Source: Oscillospiraceae bacterium (lineage in GTDB: Bacteria > Bacillota > Clostridia > Oscillospirales > Ruminococcaceae). Taken from it: a stretch of 43,655 nt of DNA. Position numbers and translations under genes: made by a program. The notes below the pieces were generated by a model. It was not told where the DNA came from. It did no database searches and saw only the letters and a program-made list of their open reading frames with translations. Location of the stretch: the NCBI GenBank assembly GCA_045533025.1, contig JAZSHA010000019.1, positions 1 to 43,655 on the forward strand, written 5' to 3'. Positions 33,021 to 42,168 of this stretch are shown piece by piece (position 1 is the stretch's first letter; each line of letters opens with the position of its first letter).

Positions 33021-33056
33021 AAAAGACCGAGAACCTTCTCGGTCTTTTGTGTTGTA
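33021..33056 (+). terminator. Terminator-like hairpin in the rimP-nusA leader (candidate attenuator)
   Basis: AAAAGACCGAGAA (33021-33033) and TTCTCGGTCTTTT (36-48) are perfect complements, followed by GTGTTGTATT. The hairpin lies between the promoter and the rimP ribosome-binding site. Confidence 0.6.
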
Positions 33057-33086
33057 TTCGTACAGATAAAAGAAAGGAAGGATTGA

Positions 33087-33599
33087 ATGGCTGGAAAAAA
33101 AGGCGGCAACACTGTGGCTAAGGTTTACGACATTGCAAAGCCGATTGCTGACTCGCTGGGGCTGAAGATTTGGGACGTTACTTTCGAAAAGGAAGGTGCA
33201 ATGTGGTTCCTGAAGGTGCTTATCGACAAGATTGACGGTGCACTTGATATGGACGACTGTGAGGCTATGACACGACCGCTTTCTAAGGCGCTGGACGAGG
33301 CTGACCCGATTGAACAGAATTATATGCTGGAGGTTGGCTCCCCGGGACTTGGACGTGACCTGAAAAAGCCTGAGCATTTCGAGGAATTTCTGGAGTGCCC
33401 CGTAAGAATACGCTACATCCGTGAAACTGACGGACAGAAGGAATTCATTGCTATTCTCAAGGGCTATGACAAGGACAACATTTCCGTTATCACTGAGGAA
33501 GGCGACAAGGTTATTGCTATTGCTGAAACTGCTTTCATCAGGCTGTTTGATGATGACGATGATGAGCTTTTTGCTGATGATGGTGACGATGAAGAATAA
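33087..33599 (+). CDS. rimP: Ribosome maturation factor RimP
   Basis: 170 aa with typical RimP length, immediately before nusA. It has LEVGSPGLGRDLK and an acidic C-terminal tail. Confidence 0.88.
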   Translation: MAGKKGGNTVAKVYDIAKPIADSLGLKIWDVTFEKEGAMWFLKVLIDKIDGALDMDDCEAMTRPLSKALDEADPIEQNYMLEVGSPGLGRDLKKPEHFEEFLECPVRIRYIRETDGQKEFIAILKGYDKDNISVITEEGDKVIAIAETAFIRLFDDDDDELFADDGDDEE

Positions 33600-33664
33600 T
33601 TTACGGTAAAGTTTAAATTTATATAGAAAACCATTTGAACACATTTTAGGAGGAATTCATAAAA

Positions 33665-34711
33665 ATGAACAAGGAATTTTTTGAGGCGCTCGAACTGCTG
33701 GCGCAGGAAAACGGCATACCTATGGAAACTCTCGTTGAGAAGATTGAACAGGGTATCGCAAGAGCAGTTAAGAAGGAATACCCTGACTGCGAAAATTATC
33801 TTGTAAAGATTGATATGGACAAGAAAAAGCTTGAAGTTTGTCTGATGAGAACAGTTGTTGAGGGTGAGCCTCTTGACATGAGCGAAATCAACATTGATGA
33901 GGCAATCGCTACCTGCACAAAGCGTGCAAAGGTTGGCGACGTTGTTCCTTTCAAGCTTTCCACAGCTAAGTTCGGACGTGTTGCAGCTCAGAATGCTAAG
34001 CAGGCTATCAGAACTGAGCTCAAGGGCTTTGAGCGTGCAAAGTACATCAACCAGTTCGACAGCAAGGTTCAGGAAGCTGTTTCCGCAACAGTTCAGAGAA
34101 TTGAACCTGAGAGCGGCAATGCTACTCTTACAATCGACAAGAACGAGGTTTACCTGTTCAAGAATGAACAAATCCCGGGCGAAGTACTTAAAGAGGGCGA
34201 CATTGTCAAGCTTTACATCGTTGATATTATCAACCGTGAAAGACGTCCTATGGTTAAGGTTTCCCGTACTCACAAGGATTTGGTAAAGCGTCTTTTCGAG
34301 CTTGAAATTCCTGAAATTTACGACGGTACTGTTGAAGTAAAGGCAATCTCTCGTGAGGCAGGCTCCAGAACAAAGATTGCGGTTTGGTCAAAGGATAAGA
34401 ACGTTGACCCTGTAGGCTCATGTATCGGTCCTAAGCACAGCCGTATCCAGAACATTGTAAACGAGCTTAACGGCGAAAAGATTGATATTATCATCTATGA
34501 TGAAGACCCGGCTGTTTTCATTGCTCACGCTCTTGCTCCTGCTGAGGTTCTCAGCGTAACGGTTGAAGAAGGTGAACAGAAATCCTGCACAGTTGTTGTT
34601 CCTAACAACCAGCTTTCTCTTGCAATCGGCAACAAGGGTCAGAACGCTAAGCTTGCTGCAAGACTTACAGGCTTCAAGATTGATATCAAGCCTGAAAATC
34701 CCGTTGAATAA
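33665..34711 (+). CDS. nusA: Transcription termination/antitermination factor NusA
   Basis: 348 aa with N-terminal, S1 and two KH domains (GSCIGPKHSRIQNIVNELNGEKIDII; LSLAIGNKGQNAKLAARLTGFKIDI). Confidence 0.95.
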   Translation: MNKEFFEALELLAQENGIPMETLVEKIEQGIARAVKKEYPDCENYLVKIDMDKKKLEVCLMRTVVEGEPLDMSEINIDEAIATCTKRAKVGDVVPFKLSTAKFGRVAAQNAKQAIRTELKGFERAKYINQFDSKVQEAVSATVQRIEPESGNATLTIDKNEVYLFKNEQIPGEVLKEGDIVKLYIVDIINRERRPMVKVSRTHKDLVKRLFELEIPEIYDGTVEVKAISREAGSRTKIAVWSKDKNVDPVGSCIGPKHSRIQNIVNELNGEKIDIIIYDEDPAVFIAHALAPAEVLSVTVEEGEQKSCTVVVPNNQLSLAIGNKGQNAKLAARLTGFKIDIKPENPVE

Positions 34712-34726
34712 TAAGGTTGTGATTTA

Positions 34727-34999
34727 ATGGCGGGTACAAAGAAAACACCTATGAGAATGTGCCTCGGTTGCAACGAAATGAAAGCCAAAAAAGAGCTTAT
34801 CCGTGCAGTCAAGTCCCCTGAGGGAGAGATTTCAATTGACCTTACGGGCAAGAAATCAGGCAGAGGCGCTTATATATGCAGAAGCAGCGAATGCTTTCGT
34901 CTGGCACGAAAGGCAAGACGCTTTGAGAAGGCTTTTTCCTGTCAGATTTCCGAAGAAGTTTACGACGCTATGGAAAAGGAGCTGACTGAAAATGAGTAG
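34727..34999 (+). CDS. ylxR: YlxR/RnpM-family (DUF448) RNA-binding protein
   Basis: RMCLGCNEMKAKKELIR and GRGAYIC motifs; conserved position after nusA. Confidence 0.85.
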   Translation: MAGTKKTPMRMCLGCNEMKAKKELIRAVKSPEGEISIDLTGKKSGRGAYICRSSECFRLARKARRFEKAFSCQISEEVYDAMEKELTENE

Positions 35000-35312
35000 T
35001 ATCAGCGGCCTGCTTTCCATCTGCCGCAAGGCGGGCAAGCTCGTTATGGGCTTTGACCCGATGAAGGACGCTCTTGCAGGCGGCAAGGCGTGTGCGGTAA
35101 TAATTGCTTCGGATATTTCTCCGAAAACGGAAAAGGAAGTACGCTTCTTTTCGGGAAAGCAGAACATTCCCGTTGCAAGAACTGCAATGACTCTTGACGA
35201 GGTTTATTACGCTCTCGGAAAGAAAGCAGGAATTCTTACAATCTGCGACAAGGGATTTGCTGATAAGGCGCTGTCCCTTTGCGAAAACGAAAAAACTGAT
35301 AACATTGAATAA
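34992..35312 (+). CDS. ylxQ: L7Ae-family ribosomal-protein-like protein YlxQ
   Basis: 106 aa with a KAGKLVMG motif. 8-nt overlap with ylxR; conserved position before infB. Confidence 0.8.
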   Translation: MSSISGLLSICRKAGKLVMGFDPMKDALAGGKACAVIIASDISPKTEKEVRFFSGKQNIPVARTAMTLDEVYYALGKKAGILTICDKGFADKALSLCENEKTDNIE

Positions 35313-35340
35313 AATCTCAATAAACGGAGGTATACAGCCT

Positions 35341-37959
35341 ATGAGTACAACAAAATCCACAAAGCTTAAAATAAACGATGTTGCCAAGGAGCTTAATACA
35401 ACAGGTCAGGAACTTGCTGACTTTGTGAACGAAAAGCTCGGCACAGCAAAGAAGCCTACCGCTTCTCTTACAGAGGACGAAATGAACTACGTTCTTGAAG
35501 CATTTTCCCAGAACAATCAGGTAGCATCCTTTGATGATTATTTTGCTACCAAGAACCAGCCTAAGGAAGAACCAAAGGCAGAAGAAAAGCCTGCTGAAAA
35601 GAAGCCTGCAAAGGCTAAGAAGGAAACAGCTAAGAAAGAAGCTGCTCCTAAGGCTGAGAAAGTCGAAAAGGCTACCGAAAAGGCTGAAAAGCCTAAGAAG
35701 GAAACTGCTAAAAAAGAAACAGCCAAGAAGGAAGCCGCTCCTAAGGTTGAAAAACCTGCTCCTAAAGCAGAAGAACCAAAGAAGGAACAGCCTGCTCCAA
35801 AGCCTGCAAACAATCAGCCTCAGAACAAGAACGACCGCTTCAACGCACAGCAGGTTCTCAGCGGCGATAAGAAGAAAAAGCCTGAACAGAAGCCTGTAAA
35901 CAAGCCTGCTGAACAGTCTAATAAGAAGAAGCTTGATGTTAAGTTTGCTGACACTTCAGCTCCTGTTGAAAACAGCAAAATCCATACAATTGACACAAGA
36001 GGCTCTTATGTTGAAATGGATAAGTACAATGAAAAATACGACAATATGGCTAACGCTTCAGGCGGCAACAACCGCAAGAAGGATAACTTCTCCAAGAAGC
36101 AGAAGCTTACTCAGAAGTCACAGCAGAGAAAGAGCCAGCAGTACTCCAACAAGCGTGAAAGTGAAGCTGAAAAGCTCCGCAGACTTGAGCTTGAACGTGC
36201 AAGAAAGCAGCAGCTCAAGGTTCTTATCCCTGACGAAATCGTTGTTTCCGAGCTTGCTTCAAGACTAAAGGTTACTGCTACAGAGGTAATCAAGAAGCTT
36301 ATGCAGCTTGGTGAAATGTGCACAATCAATCAGGTTATCGATTTTGATACAGCGTCTCTCGTTGCTGAAGAGCTCGGCGCAAAGGTTGAAAAGGAAGTTA
36401 TCATCACAATTGAAGAACGTCTTATCGACGATTCCGACGACGACGGCGAAGGCGAAGAAAGAGCTCCTATCGTTGTTGTAATGGGTCACGTTGACCACGG
36501 TAAGACCTCCCTCCTCGACCGTATCAGAAACGCTAACGTTACTTCCACAGAAGCAGGCGGTATCACACAGCATATCGGTGCGTACCGTGTAAGCTGCAAC
36601 GGCAAGGATATCACTTTCCTCGATACCCCTGGCCACGAAGCATTCACATCAATGCGTGCAAGAGGTGCTTCTGTTACAGATATCGCAATCATCGTTGTTG
36701 CAGCTGATGACGGTATCATGCCTCAGACTGTTGAAGCTATCAACCACGCTAAGGCTGCAGGCGTTTCAATTATCGTTGCTATCAACAAGATGGATAAGGA
36801 AGCTGCTAACCCTGATATCGTAAAGCAGCAGCTTACTGAACACGGTCTTGTTATCGAAGAATGGGGCGGCGACATTATCTGTGTTCCTGTTTCCGCTAAG
36901 ACAGGTATGGGTATTGAAGACCTTCTTGAAAACGTACTTCTCGTTGCAGAAGTTGCTGAACTCAAGGCTAATCCTAACCGTCTTGCAAAGGGTACAGTTG
37001 TTGAAGCAAGACTCGACAAGGGCCGTGGTCCTATCGCAACTCTCCTCGTTCAGAACGGTACTCTCCGCACAGGTGATATCATTATCGCAGGTACAGCTGT
37101 AGGCCGTGTACGTGTTATGACAAATGACAAGGGCAAGGTTGTTAAGGAAGCAGGTCCTTCCTACCCTGTTGAAATTACAGGTCTTGCAGAAGTTCCATCC
37201 GCAGGTGACACATTCAACGCTGTTGAGGACGAAAGACTCGCAAGAGAGCTTGTTGACCAGCGTAAGCACGAAGCTAAGCAGGAACAGTTCAAGCAGTATC
37301 AGAAGGTTACTCTCGACAACCTGTTCAGCCAGATTGAGCAGGGCGAAATCAAGGAACTCCCAATCATCGTCAAGGCTGACGTACAGGGCTCCGTTGAAGC
37401 GGTTAAGCAGTCCCTTGAAAAGCTCTCCAACAACGAAGTTCGTGTTCGTGTTATCCACGGCGCAGTTGGTGCTGTTTCCGAGGGTGACGTAATGCTCGCA
37501 AGTGCTTCCAACGCAATCATTGTCGGCTTCAACGTTCGTCCTGACCCTGTTGCTGCTGACAGTGCTGAACGTGACGGCGTAGATATCCGTCTTTACAGAA
37601 TTATCTATGACGCAATCGAAGAAATCACAACCGCTATGAAGGGTATGCTTGCACCTAAGTACCGCGAGGTTAACCTCGGCCGTGTTGAGGTTCGTCAGGT
37701 ATACAAGATTTCCAACGTTGGTACAGTTTCAGGCTCCTACGTTCTCAGCGGTAAGATTACAAGAAACGCTGAAATCCGTGTTGTTCGTGACGGTATCATT
37801 ATCGCTGACGACAAGATGTCCAGCCTCAAGCGTTTCAAGGACGACGTAAAGGAAGTTGCTGAAGGCTACGAATGCGGTATCACACTTGAAAAGTTCCACG
37901 ATATCCGTGAGGGCGATATCTTCGAAGCATACTTCATGGAAGAATACCGTCCTGACTAA
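35341..37959 (+). CDS. infB: Translation initiation factor IF-2
   Basis: Start refined to ATG 35341, with GGAGG upstream. Lys/Glu/Ala/Pro-rich N-terminal region. G domain [26 protein letters not shown]. Confidence 0.95.
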   Translation: MSTTKSTKLKINDVAKELNTTGQELADFVNEKLGTAKKPTASLTEDEMNYVLEAFSQNNQVASFDDYFATKNQPKEEPKAEEKPAEKKPAKAKKETAKKEAAPKAEKVEKATEKAEKPKKETAKKETAKKEAAPKVEKPAPKAEEPKKEQPAPKPANNQPQNKNDRFNAQQVLSGDKKKKPEQKPVNKPAEQSNKKKLDVKFADTSAPVENSKIHTIDTRGSYVEMDKYNEKYDNMANASGGNNRKKDNFSKKQKLTQKSQQRKSQQYSNKRESEAEKLRRLELERARKQQLKVLIPDEIVVSELASRLKVTATEVIKKLMQLGEMCTINQVIDFDTASLVAEELGAKVEKEVIITIEERLIDDSDDDGEGEERAPIVVVMGHVDHGKTSLLDRIRNANVTSTEAGGITQHIGAYRVSCNGKDITFLDTPGHEAFTSMRARGASVTDIAIIVVAADDGIMPQTVEAINHAKAAGVSIIVAINKMDKEAANPDIVKQQLTEHGLVIEEWGGDIICVPVSAKTGMGIEDLLENVLLVAEVAELKANPNRLAKGTVVEARLDKGRGPIATLLVQNGTLRTGDIIIAGTAVGRVRVMTNDKGKVVKEAGPSYPVEITGLAEVPSAGDTFNAVEDERLARELVDQRKHEAKQEQFKQYQKVTLDNLFSQIEQGEIKELPIIVKADVQGSVEAVKQSLEKLSNNEVRVRVIHGAVGAVSEGDVMLASASNAIIVGFNVRPDPVAADSAERDGVDIRLYRIIYDAIEEITTAMKGMLAPKYREVNLGRVEVRQVYKISNVGTVSGSYVLSGKITRNAEIRVVRDGIIIADDKMSSLKRFKDDVKEVAEGYECGITLEKFHDIREGDIFEAYFMEEYRPD

Positions 37960-38023
37960 TCCAAATAATATGGTACCGCAGAAATCTGCGGTACCCAAAA
38001 TACAAATCCTAAAGGAGTTATAT

Positions 38024-38392
38024 ATGCCTAATTTCAGAAACGGACGCTTGTCCGAGGATATCAAGAGAGAAATTTCAGCTCTTATCCGTGAGGAAATCAA
38101 GGACCCAAGAGTAAACGGCGGCTTTGTTTCCGTTGTTAGAACAGAGCTTTCAGGCGACGGCTCCCACTGCAAGGTCTACATTTCCGACCTGACAGGCTTT
38201 GAAGCTTCAAAGTCTGCTGTAAAGGGACTGGAAAGCGCTGCTGGTATGATAAGACGTCATATCTCCAACAAGCTGCGTCTTAAAAAGTGCCCTGAGCTGA
38301 AATTTATCGCTGACAACTCTATTGAACATTCCGCAGAAATTGCAAAAATGCTTGAATCTATCGACACCGCAGAAGATAGTGACAAAGAATAA
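38024..38392 (+). CDS. rbfA: Ribosome-binding factor A
   Basis: Start refined to ATG 38024, with AAAGGAG upstream. RLSEDIKREISALIREEIKDPRV is typical of RbfA. Confidence 0.9.
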   Translation: MPNFRNGRLSEDIKREISALIREEIKDPRVNGGFVSVVRTELSGDGSHCKVYISDLTGFEASKSAVKGLESAAGMIRRHISNKLRLKKCPELKFIADNSIEHSAEIAKMLESIDTAEDSDKE

Positions 38393-38416
38393 AAATTATG
38401 AAAGGAGTGACGCTAT

Positions 38417-39382
38417 ATGAATATAAGTCTGACAGAAACAGCCGAATTCCTTAAAAATCACGATAATTACTATATTCTCACTCATCAGAGCCCTGACGGC
38501 GACACTATGGGCAGCGGCTTCGGTCTTTGCTATGCCCTGCGCCAGATTGGCAAAAAAGCCAACGTACTTTGCTCCGATGAATTTCCGAAAAGATACCATT
38601 TTATGTATGAAGGCTACAAGCCACAGAAATTTTCTCCCGAAACTATCGTAGCGGTTGACGTTGCCGATAAAAAACTTCTGGGCACACGCCTTGCACAATA
38701 CGGTGACTATGTAAATCTCTGCATCGACCACCACATTTCAAACCTTCACTATGCTGAGCGACTGCTGGTTAATCCTGATGCAGCGGCAGCCTGCGAGGTA
38801 ATCTATCAGGTGTTAAATGAAATGGGTATCAAGTTTACAAAACAGATTGCCGAGTGCCTTTATACAGGTATTGCAACCGATACGGGCTGCTTCAAGTACG
38901 GCAACACAACTCAGCTTTGCCACATCATAACCGCACACCTTATGGACTGCGGTATCAGACTTGAACAGATTAACCGTGAAATGTTCGACACCAAGAGCAA
39001 AGCCCGCTTAAAGGTTGAACAGCACATTCTAACAGCTATGGAATACTACCTTGATGACAAATGCGCAATGGTTGCAGTTACTCTTGATACTATGAAAAAA
39101 GCAGGTCTTGCTCAGGAAGAATTTGAGGGCATCGCAGGTATGAGCGTTCAAGCTGAGGGAGTTCAGGTTGGCGTTATTATAAAGGAAAAGGACGAAGGCA
39201 AATTCAAGATTTCTATGCGCTCCGCTTCCGATATAGATGTTTCCGCAATCTGTCAGAAATTCGGTGGCGGCGGCCACGTCAAGGCGGCAGGCTGCACCCT
39301 TGAAGGACGCCTTGATGATGTCAAGCTCAGTCTTCTTTCAGCTATTGCACCTGCTATGGGGATTGACTTATGGCTTGCGTAA
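38417..39382 (+). CDS. nrnA: DHH/DHHA1 phosphoesterase (NrnA-like oligoribonuclease / pAp phosphatase)
   Basis: HQSPDGDTMGS, DHH (CIDHHISN) and GGGH motifs. Confidence 0.85.
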   Translation: MNISLTETAEFLKNHDNYYILTHQSPDGDTMGSGFGLCYALRQIGKKANVLCSDEFPKRYHFMYEGYKPQKFSPETIVAVDVADKKLLGTRLAQYGDYVNLCIDHHISNLHYAERLLVNPDAAAACEVIYQVLNEMGIKFTKQIAECLYTGIATDTGCFKYGNTTQLCHIITAHLMDCGIRLEQINREMFDTKSKARLKVEQHILTAMEYYLDDKCAMVAVTLDTMKKAGLAQEEFEGIAGMSVQAEGVQVGVIIKEKDEGKFKISMRSASDIDVSAICQKFGGGGHVKAAGCTLEGRLDDVKLSLLSAIAPAMGIDLWLA

Positions 39383-40290
39383 ATAATGAAGAATTGTGCG
39401 GAGTAATCTGCGTGAACAAACCACAAGGTTTCACAAGCTTTGATGTTATCGCTAAAATGCGAGGAATACTGAAAATCAAACGCTTGGGTCACGCAGGCAC
39501 GCTTGACCCGATGGCTACGGGTGTGCTCCCCGTTTTTGTGGGACGTGCAACAAAAGCCTGCGACATTCTCCCCGACCACGATAAAATTTACAGTGCAGGT
39601 TTCAAGCTTGGCATAACAACCGACACTCAGGACAGCACTGGTACTGTAACAAATGAGCGTAACCCGTCTGCTGTCACAGAAGAAAAACTTTTAGCTGCAC
39701 TGGAAAAATTCCGTGGAGAGATTATGCAGGTTCCGCCAATGTACTCTGCTGTTTCTGTTAATGGAAAAAGACTGTATGACCTTGCAAGACAGGGTATCGA
39801 GGTTGAGCGTGAATCTCGCCCAGTGACTATATATAAGCTTGAGCTTGCGGAGTTTGACGAAGCTGAAAAGTGCGGCGTGCTGACAGTTTCCTGCTCAAAG
39901 GGAACATACATCAGAACCCTCATAAATGACATTGGCGACACACTTGGCTGCGGCGGAATTATGACTTCACTTGTCAGAACAACCGCCTGCGGATTTTCAC
40001 TTGATGACTGCGTTACAATCGAGGATTTGCAGCGTGAAGCTGAGTGTGAACGGAACTTTGAACAGTTTCTTAAACCTGTTGAAGATGTTTTCGCCAACCT
40101 GCCGAAGCTTATGCTTCACGGCGCACAGGAGAGAATGTACCGCAACGGTATAAAGCTTGACCTGACAAAAATAAGAACAGACATAACCGCTGAGCGTATC
40201 AGCGTTTACGGCGAAAAGGGCTTCATCGGAACAGCTGTCCCTGATAGAGAGAACGGCGTTCTGAGAGTTGACAAAACATTTTACCTTTAA
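39370..40290 (+). CDS. truB: tRNA pseudouridine(55) synthase
   Basis: KPQGFTSFDV and GHAGTLDPMATGVLPV (catalytic Asp). Confidence 0.93.
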   Translation: MACVNNEELCGVICVNKPQGFTSFDVIAKMRGILKIKRLGHAGTLDPMATGVLPVFVGRATKACDILPDHDKIYSAGFKLGITTDTQDSTGTVTNERNPSAVTEEKLLAALEKFRGEIMQVPPMYSAVSVNGKRLYDLARQGIEVERESRPVTIYKLELAEFDEAEKCGVLTVSCSKGTYIRTLINDIGDTLGCGGIMTSLVRTTACGFSLDDCVTIEDLQREAECERNFEQFLKPVEDVFANLPKLMLHGAQERMYRNGIKLDLTKIRTDITAERISVYGEKGFIGTAVPDRENGVLRVDKTFYL

Positions 40291-40308
40291 GAAAGGAAGT
40301 GAACACGA

Positions 40309-41223
40309 ATGGTCGATTTAACAGGTACAAATGACGTACCGAAGAACAGCACTGCTGTTGCTATGGGGCTTTTTGATGGTATCCACCACGGACACCGCAC
40401 GGTTATCCGTACCGCTATCGACATTGCGGAGCAAATGCCGGGAATTGACCCTGCCGTGTTCACCTTTGAAACCGCTACCGTTACATCAAAGGGTGATGGC
40501 GGTGTGAAATATATTCATTCAAGGGATATGAAATTCGAGCTTATTGACAAACTCGGTGTACGATATATCTACTCCCCCGATTTTCTCAACTTCAAGAATT
40601 TAAGCGGCGAGGAATTCGTTGAGCTTGTTCTCTGCGACAAGCTTTCGGCAAAGTTCGTTATCTGCGGTCGGGATTTCCGCTTCGGCAAGGGCGCTGAATG
40701 CGGAGTCGCAGAACTGGACAAGATGTGCCGTAAAAGAGGTATTCAGGTGCGCACAGTTGCCCCCGTACTTGAAGACGGCGGACAGCGTATCTCCTCAACT
40801 ATGATAAGAGAGCTTATTGCTGACGGTCAGATTGAACTTGCCAATTCCCTGTTGGATTCGAAATTCACCTTCAAGCTTCCCGTTGCCTATGGCAGACAGC
40901 TTGGACGTACCCTTGATTTCCCGACTATCAACCAGTATCTCTCCAAACGACAGGTTACACCCAAATTCGGCGTGTACGTTTCCCGCACGGAAGTATGGGG
41001 CAGAATTTATCGTAGCATTACCAATGTTGGTGTAAAGCCTACCGTGGGAAGCGACGTGCCCCTTGCGGAAACCTACATAATCGACTTTGAGGGCGGCGAG
41101 CTTTATGGCGAGGTTGCAAAGGTTTCGCTGGTTTCCTTTATCCGTGATGAAAGAAAGTTTGAAAACGTTGAACAGCTGAAAAATCAGATTTCTGAGGATA
41201 TAAAGACGGCTGAAAATTATTAA
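40309..41223 (+). CDS. ribF: Bifunctional riboflavin kinase / FMN adenylyltransferase
   Basis: GLFDGIHHGH, RISSTMIRELI and FPTIN motifs. Confidence 0.93.
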   Translation: MVDLTGTNDVPKNSTAVAMGLFDGIHHGHRTVIRTAIDIAEQMPGIDPAVFTFETATVTSKGDGGVKYIHSRDMKFELIDKLGVRYIYSPDFLNFKNLSGEEFVELVLCDKLSAKFVICGRDFRFGKGAECGVAELDKMCRKRGIQVRTVAPVLEDGGQRISSTMIRELIADGQIELANSLLDSKFTFKLPVAYGRQLGRTLDFPTINQYLSKRQVTPKFGVYVSRTEVWGRIYRSITNVGVKPTVGSDVPLAETYIIDFEGGELYGEVAKVSLVSFIRDERKFENVEQLKNQISEDIKTAENY

Positions 41224-41241
41224 CATAAAGGGGTTGACATT

Positions 41242-42150
41242 ATGGCATTTATGGGCATATTTATGATGGGAGTTGTTATGTTTCTCATCGTAGTCGGCGT
41301 GCTGTTTACGTCGGCGGTTGTATTTCTGATTATATCAGCAGTAATGAAACACCGCTACAATAAAAAGCTTGCCGAAACGGAAGAAGGCGCAAAAAAACCT
41401 CGGAAATGGTATCTCATACCGAGAATTCTTTCCATTCTCAATTTTGCACCCCTTGTCTATATGGTAATAGCTTTTGCCGTAGGTATGGTGCAATCTGCCA
41501 TTGAAGACTATAACTCCCTTGCGTATAATGTAACCTGCGGCAATTACGAACGGGTGGAAAAACTGCTGAAAAAGGGAGTTGACCCCGATTGCACGCTGGA
41601 GAGCAATGAGCCTGCAAAGGACGGCGAAAAGACTTTGCTGACGGTGCTTTGCGAAAGTCACGGCTTTATCGACAGCTTTGAAGACCCCGTTGACTATGAG
41701 GTTACTGCTGACGAGGTTGCTATGATTGAGCTTCTCATTGAGTACGGTGCAGACGTAAACGCTGTAAGCTATGAGCATCAAAAGAACAACAGCCGTCATA
41801 TGGTAGAGGACGAATACAGCTACTACAACAATAGTGACAAATGCGGTTATACTCCCCTTATGTACGCTATTTACCGTGAGGATACGGAAATTGTTCAGCT
41901 TCTTATAGAAAACGGTGCTGACGTAAATCACCGTGATTTCTGCGGATATACACCTGTGGCAATTGTTGCCGATAATCTTAATGATGACCCCGGTGAGGAA
42001 ATCCTCCGTATTCTTATTGAAAACGGAGCTTACATAAACAACGAGACAAATTACGGTCAAACGCCCCAATGGCTTGCTTACCGAAATACGGTGGGCTCAA
42101 ATCCTCTTGACAATGACGGAATAAGGGGTATTTTAGGCAATTTGTATTAA
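41242..42150 (+). CDS. Membrane-anchored ankyrin-repeat protein
   Basis: Two N-terminal TM helices, then about 4-5 ankyrin-like repeats (GYTPLMYAIYREDTEIVQLLIENGADVNHRD; IELLIEYGADVNA; ILRILIENGAYINNETNYGQTP). Confidence 0.8.
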   Translation: MAFMGIFMMGVVMFLIVVGVLFTSAVVFLIISAVMKHRYNKKLAETEEGAKKPRKWYLIPRILSILNFAPLVYMVIAFAVGMVQSAIEDYNSLAYNVTCGNYERVEKLLKKGVDPDCTLESNEPAKDGEKTLLTVLCESHGFIDSFEDPVDYEVTADEVAMIELLIEYGADVNAVSYEHQKNNSRHMVEDEYSYYNNSDKCGYTPLMYAIYREDTEIVQLLIENGADVNHRDFCGYTPVAIVADNLNDDPGEEILRILIENGAYINNETNYGQTPQWLAYRNTVGSNPLDNDGIRGILGNLY

Positions 42151-42168
42151 AAGAAAGGATTGATAAAA

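Noticed and set aside
33464-34273. 269-aa minus-strand ORF across rimP/nusA. Similar cases are 36766-37458 (inside infB), and 41335-42069 and 42133-42924 (inside the ankyrin gene and gltX).
   Set aside because: All lie antisense to genes with unmistakable conserved motifs, lack ribosome-binding sites and have odd composition.
35194-35340. 5' extension of the infB ORF (the track starts it at 35194)
   Set aside because: The extension overlaps ylxQ in another frame. ATG 35341 has a GGAGG ribosome-binding site and gives the typical IF-2 N-terminus [18 protein letters not shown].
35530-35900. Repetitive Lys/Glu/Ala/Pro-coding DNA ([12 protein letters not shown] units) in infB
   Set aside because: A low-complexity N-terminal region is a normal, variable feature of IF-2 and does not indicate a separate element.
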